From assembly GCA_028534125.1 (NCBI GenBank), contig CM052816.1:14758001-14822000 (forward strand): 64,000 nt of DNA, in the 5' to 3' direction. Each line of letters begins with the position of its first letter. The stretch's first letter is position 1. Shown here piece after piece: positions 30,746 through 43,651 of the stretch. The position numbers and the translations under genes were made by a program. This DNA is from Lama glama (Eukaryota). The notes below the pieces were generated by a model, which was not told the origin of the DNA, did no database searches, and saw nothing but the letters and a program-made list of their open reading frames with translations.

Positions 30746-31914
30746 TGAAGGCGAAGGGCCGATGGGTTGAGACAGAAACAGCTGGAAGGCTTCTCTGTCT
30801 AGAGGCCAGAGAACAGCTCACGTCTGAGCTCAGCTCCTGGCAAATGATTGTTGGCAACCTCCTCCTTCAGGATCCTGAGGCTGGACTTTTCCCCCAGCTC
30901 CGTTTCGTGCACAGTCCAGCCCTCCACTCTCAGTCCTTCCGTCTCCGTGCCGGTTCCTGCGCTGTGTCTCGTCTCCCCGGTGATGCGCTGGTGCTGTAAC
31001 GTGCACTCTTCCCTTCTACGTGTCCAGCAGTTCCTCTGGCCGGCTTTCGTGCCCTCTGCTCTGTCATTTGTACTTCTCCCCAGAATGTTTTCCTGGCCCT
31101 GCTCCTGTCTTTTAATGGTGACTTGCCTTCTCTTTCTGCTTGTTTCACTAAGAATTGTGTCCCCAGTACCTCAGCACAGTTGTGCATCTATCAGATTGAA
31201 TTTCTGGAAAGGGGGCAAGGGAGCTGGCCACCCTTCTCTTTCTTCAGCAGAATCTCTGTTTCACTCCCAGAAGCATGTCTTTGTTGAAACATATGGCCTC
31301 AATTACTGGCCCTCTGTTCTCTGTTTCTGCTGCTTTCCTGCTGCCGATTCCCTGCCCCCCTCTGGCTGCTGCCCCTGTGGGCAGTGGAAATCCAGCGAAC
31401 GTTCCGCACGGCCCTGAGCTGATGCCACCCTTCTGGAACCTGAGGGGCTATGAGCCATCTAAGTAAAGAGGTTCTCAGGGCTGCCGGGTCTGGCTTCGGT
31501 GAGCACCAGAGGCCAGGGCTGCTCTAACACTGTTCTTCCTGGGGACTTGTTTTTGGCAGCTTCTGCTGTGGTACGATCAGGGACCTGAAGCAGAAGGACA
31601 GCCTGCGTTTTTCCTTTACACTTTTCTGGGAAGCAGTTCCCCTGCTCTTACTCCAGTTGTATATGAGCCACAAACTTTGCTCTAGTAATGCTGTTGAAGC
31701 CCACACCAAGTGTCCCTTAACTTTCCGCATTTTCTCCAGGTCTCTAGGGTTTGTCCTCAATTACTGTCTAGGACATAATAGGGAAAGGAGGAGGCCAACT
31801 GATTTGTGGGACAAGGGCAGCACACAGACATCAGGGGGTGTAGGGGGAGGCTGGTCCATGTCCCCAGGGCAAGCAAATGAGGTTGGAATGTAGGTCAGCT
31901 GCACTGGTGATGCT

Positions 31915-31933
31915 CAGCCAGCAGATGGCGCTG
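31915..31933 (+). promoter_or_regulatory. CTCF motif
   Basis: CAGCCAGCAGATGGCGCTG, a full core match, with an upstream-module-like gctgcactg at 31898-31906. Confidence 0.75.
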
Positions 31934-32014
31934 GGAGCAGTGAGCCCAGCCCAGTGGCCAGCAGCCTACCCCCTCCTTGGGATTTCACAGTTTCAGATTT
32001 CACCACCCTGAGCT

Positions 32015-32028
32015 GTTGCCATAGAAAC
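32015..32028. promoter_or_regulatory. RFX X-box
   Basis: GTTGCCATAGAAAC, about 80 bp from the CTCF motif. Confidence 0.55.
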
Positions 32029-32526
32029 AGAGCCAGGCTGGAATAGGGATTCTACATTAACTGTTTGTATTCCAGCCAGGAAGCTCCTGTTAGATGCGGA
32101 GCTAACGTCAGGAAGATGCAGCCACTGGGGGCAGTACTTAAGTGAAATGCATTTGAGAACAGTGGTCTCTTAATCTTTCCTCAGCCCTCCTCTGATACTG
32201 GAACCAGACTCACCTCCAGAGCTTTATGTAAATTGGTGTGAAACAGTTTAGGATAAAAAGAGAGTGGTATAGTTCCTCATTAATATCATAATCTCAGTCT
32301 CTGCTTATCCCGGTCTTGGAGTTGGGCAGTTTTGCAATTCTTTGTGCTTGTCCTGGTGGGGATGGGAAGGGAGGGCACTGCAGGAAAACACTTGACAGTT
32401 TGCAGTGGCTAGTGGGTAATGAAGCCTTTTGTTTTAACTATTTTCAAACAAACAAGTAAACGTAGGCTGTGAGGCTTGAGGTCGAGCCCCCCCAGACACT
32501 GGGGATGAGGGCAGGCCGTGCAGTAG

Positions 32527-32769
<243 letters not shown>

Positions 32770-33062
32770 TAAAGGGCAGGCAGTGATGTTCTGAGGGGTT
32801 AGAAACTTCCCCACAGTTGTCCCCACATGTAGAACGGATAATCTAGCCCTCTTCCCCCGATGTTAGAAAGTACTGACTTGGAGAACTAGGGCCTGAGGGA
32901 CCGACAACAGGCATTACATTTGGTTATTCCTGCACGTCCCCCCAGTTTTGAAGCTGAAATGTAGAATAAGCAAACTAGTATGTGGGACACAGATCTGGTA
33001 GGTGTTTGCAGGCGTGAACAAAAACTGACGTAAACTCAAAACTGTACATCAGATGTAGGAAA

Positions 33063-33156
33063 TACAAAGGAAAAGTAAGTCGAAAGTCCTTCCTCTCAAC
33101 TTCACAAGCTACAAAGGAAAAGTAAGTCGAAAGTCCTTCTTCTCAACTTCACAAGC
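33063..33156. repeat. 47-bp tandem duplication (2 copies, 1 mismatch)
   Basis: tacaaaggaaaagtaagtcgaaagtccttc(c/t)tctcaacttcacaagc at 33063-33109 and 33110-33156. Confidence 0.95.
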
Positions 33157-36100
33157 AGGAGAGAGTATGGTAGAAAGGGTAGAACCCTGGAGAGAAGGCC
33201 AGGCGTCCTTACCCTCAGGTAGGCATCTCAGCGGACAGGCTGTGACTGAGGACGGCCTTCCTATCCCGTGCACTCAGCCTCCACGGCCTGTGCCTTCCCC
33301 ATGGGCTCCCACACCACCTCCTCTCTCGGCCTTCAGAAGATTTAAGTGGATTTTGTTGAGCCAGAGCCTCTAAGAAGAATTATGGGGAGAGGAGGACAGA
33401 TGATCCAGGCATTAGTATGGGGAAGGATCAACAGATAAATTGCCTTTGAGGGAAGTGTGTAGTGGCCGAGTGACTGGTCCAGCAGAAGGTATGGCCAGAG
33501 CTGCCCCTCCTGGCCTGCACCACCGAGTGCAGTGGGGCTAGGAATGGTGGCGGCTTTCCTAGGCTGAAGGGTGGGAACTACAGAAAAGGCAGCGTTAAGA
33601 GGTTCTACTCCTGAGGTAGTTAGAGCTACATTCCCTGGTCCCTGTCTCGTGCAGTCTGTGGGCCGATGTGGTTTGCTGTGAGCAGTGCTCAGCTCGCAGT
33701 ACAGTGATATCTGCAGGGCCTCTGGTACCTGTCACATTCTGGAAGGGGGGCTTTATGACCAAAGGTAGAGATTACGCTAACCCACACACACCTGGTGTCC
33801 TGGCCCCAAGGTAGATCACTCTGCGGTTCATACTGAATGGCTAGCTGCCTGTTTCTCCCCAGAGGGAAGTTCCCATCTAAGGGCTCTTCTGTATGACTTC
33901 AGAACCTTCCCTAAACAGCAGAGTCCCCAGTTAGAACTCAACCTGTTTTCTTACACTGAGTGCAGGCTTTCTAGAAGGGAGGAGGTGGGTTTGCTGGACT
34001 TGGATCTTTCTGGGATAGAGTACTTAGTCTTATAGACCCAGGTTTGGCTAGAGTATGAGGCTGGTAGTATTTTTGTGTTTTAGGCTGTAGTGATTCTTGC
34101 GACATTGTTCCTCCCCACCATATAAGGTGATGTCAGTGGCCTGACATGAAGCATTTCTAGACAAACAAAAGTATGTTGCCTCTCCCCGTTTTCCTCTATC
34201 CTCTCAGCTCAGTGCCAGCCAGCATCAGACTTTTGGTGGGGAATTCCCTTCCAAGCTTTTTCCTTTGGAACTAAACCAGAATCCCAGGTGCTTCCTGGAC
34301 ACAGGCAGCCAGACTTCAGTGGCTTCCCTCTGCCGGGGAGGCCCCATTCTCTACTTCTTCTCTAGTGGGAAACCAGGACTGACAGCAGGGAAAGCAGGGG
34401 TTGTGGTAGACCCAAAGCTTCCAGCAGAGGACTTGAATTGGTCAAAGTACTGTTGCCCAGTGCAAGAGGGACTAGGACGAGACTTTGCCTAGGAGATACT
34501 GAAGCAAAAAGAAGGTAAAAATGACAACTGCATACTTTTAAAATTGGCTCCATCCTGTAACCTTATCTTTCTGGGTTCACAGAACACACCTAAACATCTG
34601 GGAAGGCCTCTCGGGAGATATTTCTAGTTACTCTGGTAATTCCCATGTGTACTCACTTCCTAGAAGGTGATGCGGCCTTACTGTAAACTTAGACAGAAGG
34701 CCAGGCATCACGTTCGGTATAAAACGCACAGGACTAGGTAGGGATCAAAAGCCCTGAAGTCAGATCTCACTGCCGCTGTCTAGAGGACCTTAGACAGGTT
34801 TCTGAGGCTCAGTGTCCTCTCGTCTAAAATGAGAGTTGAGCTAGAATGGGCTCAAGGATTCCTTAGGGCTAGATTTTTTTTTTTTTTTGGTACAGTGACA
34901 GTACAATTGAGAAGAAAAGAAGGAGACTAGACCTAAAAGGCCTGTGAGAGTGTTAAACTATGAAGGCCCTGGTGGCCGTGGGTTTCCTTCAGTGGCCGCT
35001 GGGCGGAGCTGGGCCACCCCTGGCTGGGCTATCTCTGTTCCTGCTTTGAGCCGAGGAACTGCAGCGCCGGGTGCCTCACAGCCCTCCTCGGCCCCAGAGA
35101 GGCAGCTGTCCGCAGCCCAAGACACTGCCTTTTCCCTAGGATTTAAAGGAATGTTAAAAAAAAAAAAATCCTTCTGGTCTCTGGAGACCTGAGGGAGTGA
35201 TGAGTTATACAAAGACCCATTGAGGAGTTGGAAGAGGAGTTCCTATCAGGGCGGGTTCATTAAAAGTGACAGAGCGCTGTGGTCTGCTGGGTTGGGGAGA
35301 ACAGTGCTTTGAGTGTCCAGGGGAAGAATCCATGTGATTGTGTCACAGCTACTATTTCAGGCTGTTGATTGAGTCAGCTTGTGGTTTTAATGACTCAACT
35401 TTATGTCCATATCTGAATTGTGGCTTCTGATACACAAGGCCATCTGCTCCCTGGGATAAAAGTCAAGAGAAGAAAGAAATTCCTCTCTCTCGCCCTCGCC
35501 CCGCCTCTAAGCCCCACCTACAGTAACAGAGCCTTACAGTTGGGAAGGAAGGGCTCCTGACACCCCAGGTGATTGGCACCTCACCTGCAGGTAACAGGAC
35601 TTAAGACCCAGAGGTCTTGCTCAGAGCTAGCCTGTGCTTGGGCTACAGTTCTGGCTCTTTTTTGCGAATCCAAGTCTGGGCTCCTCTCCCCTCCCAGGTA
35701 CGTACAGTGGACCCCTGAAGTTTTCATTGATCAGCTTAGCTGCTCTGGTCACAAGCTGAGTTACTTTTCCCTCAGAAACAACATCATAACCATCCTGTCC
35801 CCACCAGGGGGGTGCTAGGGCTCCCTAGTACAGCTGGTCTGTCTACAACTCAGAGATCTAAGTCAGTGGTTTTCAACCACTGCCAAACAGATGCCTCAGC
35901 ATTCTGGCTTAGTCTGATTGGAAAGTGACTCAAGCTCTGAAAGCTCCCCATGTGCTTCTGACCAAATTGAAATTTCCTAGCCCCTGACCTCAGCCAATCC
36001 AAGAACTGCCTAAAAGCAGCCACTTTAATTGACCAAAGCACCACGAACTCTACAACCCCTCCCACTAGTTTTTTCTAAATTGATTTAGAATTTAAATTCT

Positions 36101-37914
36101 AAGTTGTTCTGAATGTCGCTCCCCAAAGTAACAAAAGCCCTCGTCTCCACTCTCAGAGGGTCGGAGCAAAATATGATCTAAAAGCTCGTCTGGGTTTGGA
36201 AGTGATTAATACAGATTCTTATGATGAAAGAAATGAAAACGAGAAACCTGGGTAAGTAATCACTGTTTCCATAAAGAATGTGAGAGAACTGATAATGCAA
36301 CAACGAAAAAATTATTCTCAGCAGTTTTAAATAAAGTTCTGGTTGGGGTTTTAAGGCTTTGATTCATGACATGAAACGCATACTTTCTGGCCTGGGCAGG
36401 AAAATGAAGGTTTAAGGCAGGTGGGGCCCCTCTCCCCTCTCCCCTCAAAGAGCACTTCATTACTACTCCCTGCTGTTTTATAGCTGTATTTTCTGAAATC
36501 ATCACCCGTTATCTAATTCTCCATGACTGTTAGAGGCCTGATTTGCCTGGTGCTTCTATCCAGCCCCATGAATCTGCCCTCAGAGAGCTCTGACCAGTAT
36601 CTCAAGACACTCCCTTTTCTCCAGTTTGTGGGGCTGTTACTCTCTCAAGAGTTAGTGACCCTCCTTGGCCCTGTGCTGTCAGACTCCGTGCCTGCTGCTG
36701 TGGCTGCTCGGCAGTGGGCTTCACAAGTACTGCCACCGTGGCGCTGAAGGCAGAGCAGCATTCCTGGATTCCGTGGGTTCTGTTCCCACTTCCTGCAATT
36801 CTGATTCTGACCTGAGGACCACATCAGGTCCAGCCCTCGTATACCTACTTTCTCGGCTTAAAAGAAAAATTACAATCTTTTCCCACTTACAGTCCGCTCT
36901 TTCTTTTTCCCCCAGTCTTAGTTTTTATGAAGTATAACGATCAGAAATGTTTGAAATCTAGGAAACTGTAGAGACATAGTTGATTAGGTACAACTGGTGT
37001 CTTCATTTAGAAGAAACCAGAGAGAAGCAGCCGAAGACACTTCACACTTGAACCCTGACTTTTCCCATGTTGTCTACGTGTTCAAGACCCAGGGTTCATT
37101 GTTTCAACATGTACTTACCCCTTGAGTGAGTCTCTCTGTCACACACACACAGTTGTAATATTTTCTCAGCTGCTGGTGCCTGAATTCAAAGGAGCAGCAA
37201 AATTACACTCAAGCCACTGCCTTTCTGGACATGAGAAGTAGGGCCCTAGCAAAGGGAGTATTTCAAAAAAAGAGCAGAAACTAAGAAGGTTTTGCTGGAG
37301 GGACTAGGAGGGCAAACAGGAGACTATCCTGGTCACACTCTGAGGGGCCCCTTTTCCTCCCCCGTCGGTCACCGAGGCAGCATTACATTTCTCATCCAGG
37401 GAGCGGTTTGCGTAACACCGGAGTCTCGGTCACACACCTTCTACTGGTAACCAGATGAGCCCTGTGCCTGCCAGCCAGGCCTTCACTGTTCTTTCTCCCC
37501 TTATTAGACAATCCCTTGTGTCCCTGGGAGGAGGAGGAGGAGGAGGAGACCTATAAATTGGTAACCTGTGGGCATGCCGTGTGCTCCCTGCTGACCCGTG
37601 GGTAGCCTCTGCCGTGTGCACACAGTGGCTCCGGGTCGCGTTTCTGCAGAGAGGCTGACAGCCCTGGTGAAGACCTGGGCCCTCTGACCCTGTTTGGCTT
37701 CTGCCCCATCTAAAGCTTTCTGCTGGTCTCCAAACAGCGAAGGTGTCCTGGGCGCTTTGTTCACTGGCTCCCCTAGACCTCTTCCCTCCTGCTCGTGTCC
37801 CCTGGGGGCGCTGCCCTGCGGTCACAGTGCTGGCCTTCCCGCCGCTGTCCCCGCTGCCTCTGTCCGGCTCAGGGATTGCTTTCTCCATGCAGCTCTCCTA
37901 TGACCCAGCAAGCT

Positions 37915-38215
37915 GGGTTTTTCTTTTTAAGCTGAGATACAAATCACATGCCTAAAATTCACCCTTTTAAAGTGCACAATTTCGTTATTTTTTTAGTATA
38001 TTCACAAGTTGTGCATCCATCACCACTGCCTAATTCCAGAACATTTCATCACCCCCAAACAGAAACCCCACACCCACTAGCAGTCACTCCATCTCCCCTC
38101 CCCCAGCCCCTGGCAGCCACTCATCTACTTGCTGTCTGTATGGATTTGCCCATTCTAGACATTCATAGAAATGGAATTACAGCACCTGTGGCCTTTGTGT
38201 CCAGCTTCCTTCACC
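37915..38215 (-). mobile_element. L1MB-like 3' end fragment
   Basis: aaaattcacccttttaaagtgcacaat...ttccagaacatttcatcacccc...atggatttgcccattctagacatt; homologous to 17895-18370. Confidence 0.75.
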
Positions 38216-38948
38216 CCAGGCAGGTGGCTCTCTGTGCATCTGCCGTCTCCCAGGCCACTCGTAGAGCGTGGGAAGAGGCGGACAACATGAGGTGCATATG
38301 GTCCCGAGGAACCGCCTTCTTGTTGCGGACGCTGGGGTCGTAAATCTGGATTCCATAAATGAATACAAGGGTCTTGGGGACAACTCCCAGCAGTTAGGAC
38401 AGAAACTCGGGGATGACAACTGGGGCTTCATAATCCCTTAGTCCACCGGGCTAAGATTTCTTTGTAGGGGCCCTCCTGGCAGTCCTTGACCCCAGCTCTG
38501 CCCGGACACACCTTTCATTACCCCTCCCCCTACACACACACACACTGCACACCTTGTAGGGCTCTTGCCACTGGCTCACAGCTGCTGCCTGCAGAGGCGG
38601 GAAGGAGCTGGGCAGGTGGGCGGGGCCGGGGAGGGGGCGGGGCCGCTGCCCCTCCTTGCAGAAGTCCCCCAGGCAGCTGCTGAAGGCCCGCCTCTGCTTG
38701 GGACTGTCCGACCCAGCGCTGACTGAATGGTTTTGGCCTAGGAGCTTCCTGGGAATGGCCAAGAAAACAAAAATGATCCTGTTTACTAAGCTCAAGTCTG
38801 TTTAATTCCAACAACCCTTTGATGAGAGAAGAGGTTTTGAGTACTTTGTCTCCCTTTAAGTTACACTGCTAATACTTGAACCCCATTCTGTCTGTCTAGC
38901 TGTAGTCACACTTTTTTGTACTATTTTCACACAGGAAAGTAAGTGTGA

Positions 38949-39338
<390 letters not shown>

Positions 39339-41120
39339 GCTGAGTCCTGCGGCCATGGCAGCGCCGCAGTGGAGCCCAGGCTGTCCCGCCCTGAGCACGT
39401 GCCTGACGGGTCCGGAGACACTCCTCTGGTGGCCACCCCCACCACCCCGGCCCTGTCTCTCTCTCCACCCTGCTGCTCTCCGTACATCACACACAGCTTC
39501 AGCTGCCTGGGGCCGGAAGGAAGGGCAGCGTGCGGGCCTGAGCCGGCCTGGCCAGCCCTGGCTCTCGTGTTACCAAAGCAGGTTCCGTGTTTGCTGCCTT
39601 AACCCCAAGTGTCTCCTCTGCTCTGTGGCCTCGTCTCAGACAAGGCCCCGCCTGACTCTCAGCCCCTGCCTCTCGGGGGGGCTTCTCCCTAGGTCAGTCT
39701 TGCTGGATCTGTGCTTTTCTTTTATGTGTCCTCTGACTCTGAGAAGGAACAGCATGGGTTTGTGAACCTTTGGGCTCCGTCCCTCTTTTCATCACTGTCA
39801 CCCTGCTCTGCTCTTCCCTCCCTGGCTCTTGTTCATTACTAGTGGTGTGGCATAGGGAGCTGCTTCCAAGGAAGTAGGGAGCAAGCCCCCCTCTTACCCC
39901 AGCTTTTGGGAAACACCTCCCAAAACAAAAAGACCCGGATCCCTTTATCTGTCCCCCTGTGGCCGAGGCCAGAGCCTGTGTGTGGGCAGAGACGGGGAAA
40001 CTCGCCCGTGCCTGCTACTGCCCTTCATGCCCTCGCCTCTTGGGACCCTCTGCACCAGCCCCAGGCTACCCTGGCCCTCCCCACGCCCTCCCCAGAGTTA
40101 ATCTGGAGGATGCACTGTACTGTCACCACCCCAACACCTCACCTTCTGTCTCCAAGGAAATGGGAGGTGGAGCCTCCTGGCTGAGAAATTGTTTTGCAAA
40201 TCGATCTATTTTTATATGAATTTTTTTTTTAAGCAAAACTAACTCTTCCTTACCCCCTTCTTCTCCATAATGTAAGAGGCTTCGATGGCAGGTTCCAGAG
40301 TCCCTGGGATTTCTCCTCACAAGCCTCCATCCTGAACAAGCCCCTGGACCGACCTCCACCTCAGCCCTCAAGCCTCTGGGTCCTTGAGGCCAGTGCAGAT
40401 TCTCTCCCAGCATCTGATTCTGGGGAGGAGGAAGCTCTCCTGGTTGAGCTGGACCAGGCCTAAGAGTAGTGGGAGCCCTGAGACCACAGAGTTTCTATAA
40501 ATTTAATATATTTATCAAGCCAAATGTGCAAATGCTAACTGGACACTCTTAACAGTGGGCCCAGGACGTGCCTCTACCCTGCCCTCTTCTCAGCAGTGGG
40601 CAGGCCAAACTCTTTGGCGGCCCCAGTCACAAGAAGCTCAGATTCTCTAGCTCGAGGTGACACTTTGCCCTCCCTGTGCTCCTTTCAGCTCCCCACCTCC
40701 AGGTAGGGAGCGGGAATGGCATCGGTAGGGCTTGGCCCTGAATCGCAGTTGTTAGAGCCAGGAGGGGAACTCAGGAGAGCTGAGGGCGCCTGCAGGGAGG
40801 CCGTGAGGCCAGGAAAGAGGGTTCTGGTTGCCAGAGCCTGCGTGGGAAGGGGCAACAGCAGCTCCTTGGAACTATTTCTGGGAGGACTGTGATGCAGGGG
40901 GCCACTGCTCCCTTAGGTCCCCTCCTCCCTGCCAACATCTAGGGCTTTGACCCTTTCTTTTTTAATCTACTTTTGCTAAGATGCATTTAATTAATTAAAA
41001 AAAAGGGACAAAATGCAAACCTATTTCCCTCGCCTCCTGGGCTTCTGGGATGTGGATGTCATCACCTCCGGTTTGTAGGGTTTGTTTCCAACTGTTAATA
41101 AAGCATTGAAACGGTACTGC
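39339..41120 (+). other. DIAPH1: DIAPH1 3' UTR (end approximate)
   Basis: Follows the stop codon. The AATAAA at 41097-41102 is the likely polyadenylation signal, with T/GT-rich sequence downstream. Confidence 0.7.
41097..41102 (+). terminator. Polyadenylation signal AATAAA (DIAPH1)
   Basis: actgttAATAAAgcattg, about 1.76 kb after the stop codon. Confidence 0.7.
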
Positions 41121-42085
41121 CTTACAGCTTCCTTTGTGAATTTCTCAGCTACTTTCTTTTCACTCTCATCCAGGCTCCTCCACTCTTGTCCTGCCTCAGG
41201 TCCCTGACTCACTTGACAAATCATCAGGTGCTGGCACCTTCACATGCCAGACACCATTGTTGGGTGCAGGGCTAGAACTGATCAATACATAGTGGCTTCT
41301 GCCCTGCCATTTGTAGGGTCTCAGTTCAGCCCTCCTGCCCTTCCCAATTGCAGCCTCTTGGCTTGGAAACCTTTTCTTCAATTCAGTTCTGGGTCCCCAC
41401 GACCCCAGACTTCACAGGCAGCTTCCTGGCAGTATCTGTGCCTCTTGTGCTGAGGGAACCATTTAACTGCCACATTCCCATATTCCCCTCCCTCAACATA
41501 CTTTAAGTGTCCCCAGACCACATTCCAGACCAGAGCTTACACTGGGGTGGAACCTGAGCCTGCCCAGCCGAGGTCAGAAGAGAGAGGTCATGAGCCAGAT
41601 GACTTGCCACTCAGAGCCATACTTGTTTGAGCACGTGGTGACCTGCACAAAGAAACCTTACAAACTATGACCAGGCTCAGAATAGACAGGGAGGGGCCTT
41701 GTGAGGGCCACAAACCCATTTGGGCAGGCTCTGGAACTGGAATTAAAAGCCTCTTAAATAGCCTTGGAGCCTAGGCAGCTGCCTCCCAAGTATGGCTGGA
41801 GATGTGGAGGTGGGCTGCCTGCCTCCTCCTTCCCTGCCCCCAGAGGCCACATGTTTCTGGCTCAGAGCTGTACAGGCACACATACCAATTAGGGTACCAA
41901 CCACAGCTGCTCACGCGCTCTGCCAGTCTCCTGCCGTGCCTGGAATAGAACCCGGGTGCCCGGCACCCCGCCCTCTGCAGCCTGGCTCTCAGAAACAAAA
42001 CCCTGCTTCCATCTCAGCAACCACGCAAACCACCCCTCCTCCGACGCAAGAAAAGTCGCCACCAGATGCTTAGTTGGTAGGCTTG

Positions 42086-42099
42086 GTTTCCATGACAAC
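42086..42099. promoter_or_regulatory. RFX X-box
   Basis: GTTTCCATGACAAC within the CpG-rich intergenic segment. Confidence 0.55.
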
Positions 42100-43189
42100 A
42101 GACTTCAGGAGCTGGCAGAACCCTTGACCCGGCTCCGTGTCAGCTCTGAGAGACTCAGCGCAGAGGATGCTCAGAGGCGGCCTCCCCCCCACCCGACCCC
42201 GCGCCCCGCGCTTGGGCATGCTCTCACCGACCCCCTTGATAACACCATTGGGTCTTTCTGTCCTTCTGCCCCTTCTGGCTTTCCCGCCCCCCACGCTGTT
42301 TCCTGCAGCTTTGGTGGCAGCATCCTCAAATCCCTCTGTGCTTCCAAGATGTTGGTGGAGGAGGCGGGAGATGGGCTAGGCGACGAGGGAAAGCACGGAA
42401 GGAGGCAGGGCATCTGGGTCTGCGGGCAATCTCACGTCCTGCATACCCTTTCTGTCCCCTTGACACCCCCGCCTCTTCCGCACACACGCAAGAAAGCGGG
42501 GAGCCCACCGTTTCCATGGCGTTGCTGCAGGGAGGCAACCTAAAACGTGAATTCCAGATGGGAAAACAGGCAACCTATAGACTCGGCTTTCGGAGAATCG
42601 CCTCCGGCATTCCTTCCCACCCTTTCTCGGTTCCCAGGCCCCCTGGGCAGTGGGGTTCAGGGAGTTGGGGGGCGTGGAGGAAGGCAGCCAAAAAAGAACC
42701 CACCCTCTTCCGGCGAAGCCCGAGAGGACGCTCCGGGGTGGTAATTTTAGCAGAGAAGGGGCGGAACTCAGGAAAATCCACCGCCCCCTCTCTAGCTCTA
42801 TTTGCCAACCCGCGCCCGCCTCCGCGCAAGGGTCTCCTCTTCTGCCTGGAGACAGCCGCACACACACAGCTGCGCACTCACACCGCCACGCCAAGCGCGG
42901 AAGGCCCCTCCCCCACGGCGGACCCGCAGGCCCATGACACACGCATTGTACAGATCCTCAAGCACCACTACCGTCGCGCACTGTTACACATGCACGTGGT
43001 GCTGCACGCATACACAGCCGCATTTAACAAATACACAGACTCTCGGGCCATGACAAAACCAAGATGCGAACACAATAATCGCCTCCGGAACCTGCTCTTC
43101 TTCCAGCATATACCTCTTATCATTTCAGCCACAAATGCCAGGAGCCCCCATCTCTTACACAGAAACGTTCAACCTTTCAGAAGAAACCC

Positions 43190-43195
43190 TTTAAT
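43190..43195 (-). terminator. Polyadenylation signal ATTAAA (PCDHG)
   Basis: Plus-strand tttaat, which reads ATTAAA on the minus strand, after an AU-rich stretch about 1.76 kb from the stop. Confidence 0.6.
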
Positions 43196-43632
43196 TTTTT
43201 TTTTGTCAAAGAAAAAAAGCCATATAAATATTAGAGTATAAAACTTGCGTGAGACACAGGAAGGGGGGTGGGGAGCTACGTGACTATGCGAAGAGAAGCG
43301 CTTATAGGAGTCAGTACGCGGGAGGGGGTCGCCGCAGCGCGTGACACAGCACAAAACACAGCACGGGCCGCCGCAGGCAGATTTGGGGACAGACGGCTGC
43401 GCGAAGACCGCCGCCCCCTGCCCACTCGCCATCACGGAAAAGCACGCCGCACTACATACACTATTGGCTATTCTACACCAGCCAAAAGAGGGAGGGGGCT
43501 CTACACTCTACTGTAAGGGCGGGGGTGGGGTTCTCGCGAAGCCCCGCTGGATGAACGGGACCCCCGGGCAGAAGGGGGTGGGCAGAGGAAGGTCTATGCA
43601 CAAGGAGGCACTGGGGGACTTTAACCAGGCTC

Positions 43633-43651
43633 TGGCCACTAGGGGGCGGAC
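43633..43651 (+). promoter_or_regulatory. CTCF motif inside the PCDHG 3' UTR
   Basis: TGGCCACTAGGGGGCGGAC, a full core match. Confidence 0.75.

Larger units (their letters stand above)
41930..43650. promoter_or_regulatory. CpG-island-like region spanning the intergenic gap and the end of the PCDHG 3' UTR
   Basis: Visibly high GC and CpG density relative to the flanks; judged by eye, not computed. Confidence 0.65.

Noticed and set aside
33063..33156. Direct repeat as a possible CRISPR-like array
   Set aside because: Two abutting copies with no spacer, in a mammalian intron.
35798..35818. CTCF-like CCACCAGGGGGGTGC
   Set aside because: An extra G displaces the conserved GGC. It has the same orientation as the other sites but is too weak to call without a PWM score.
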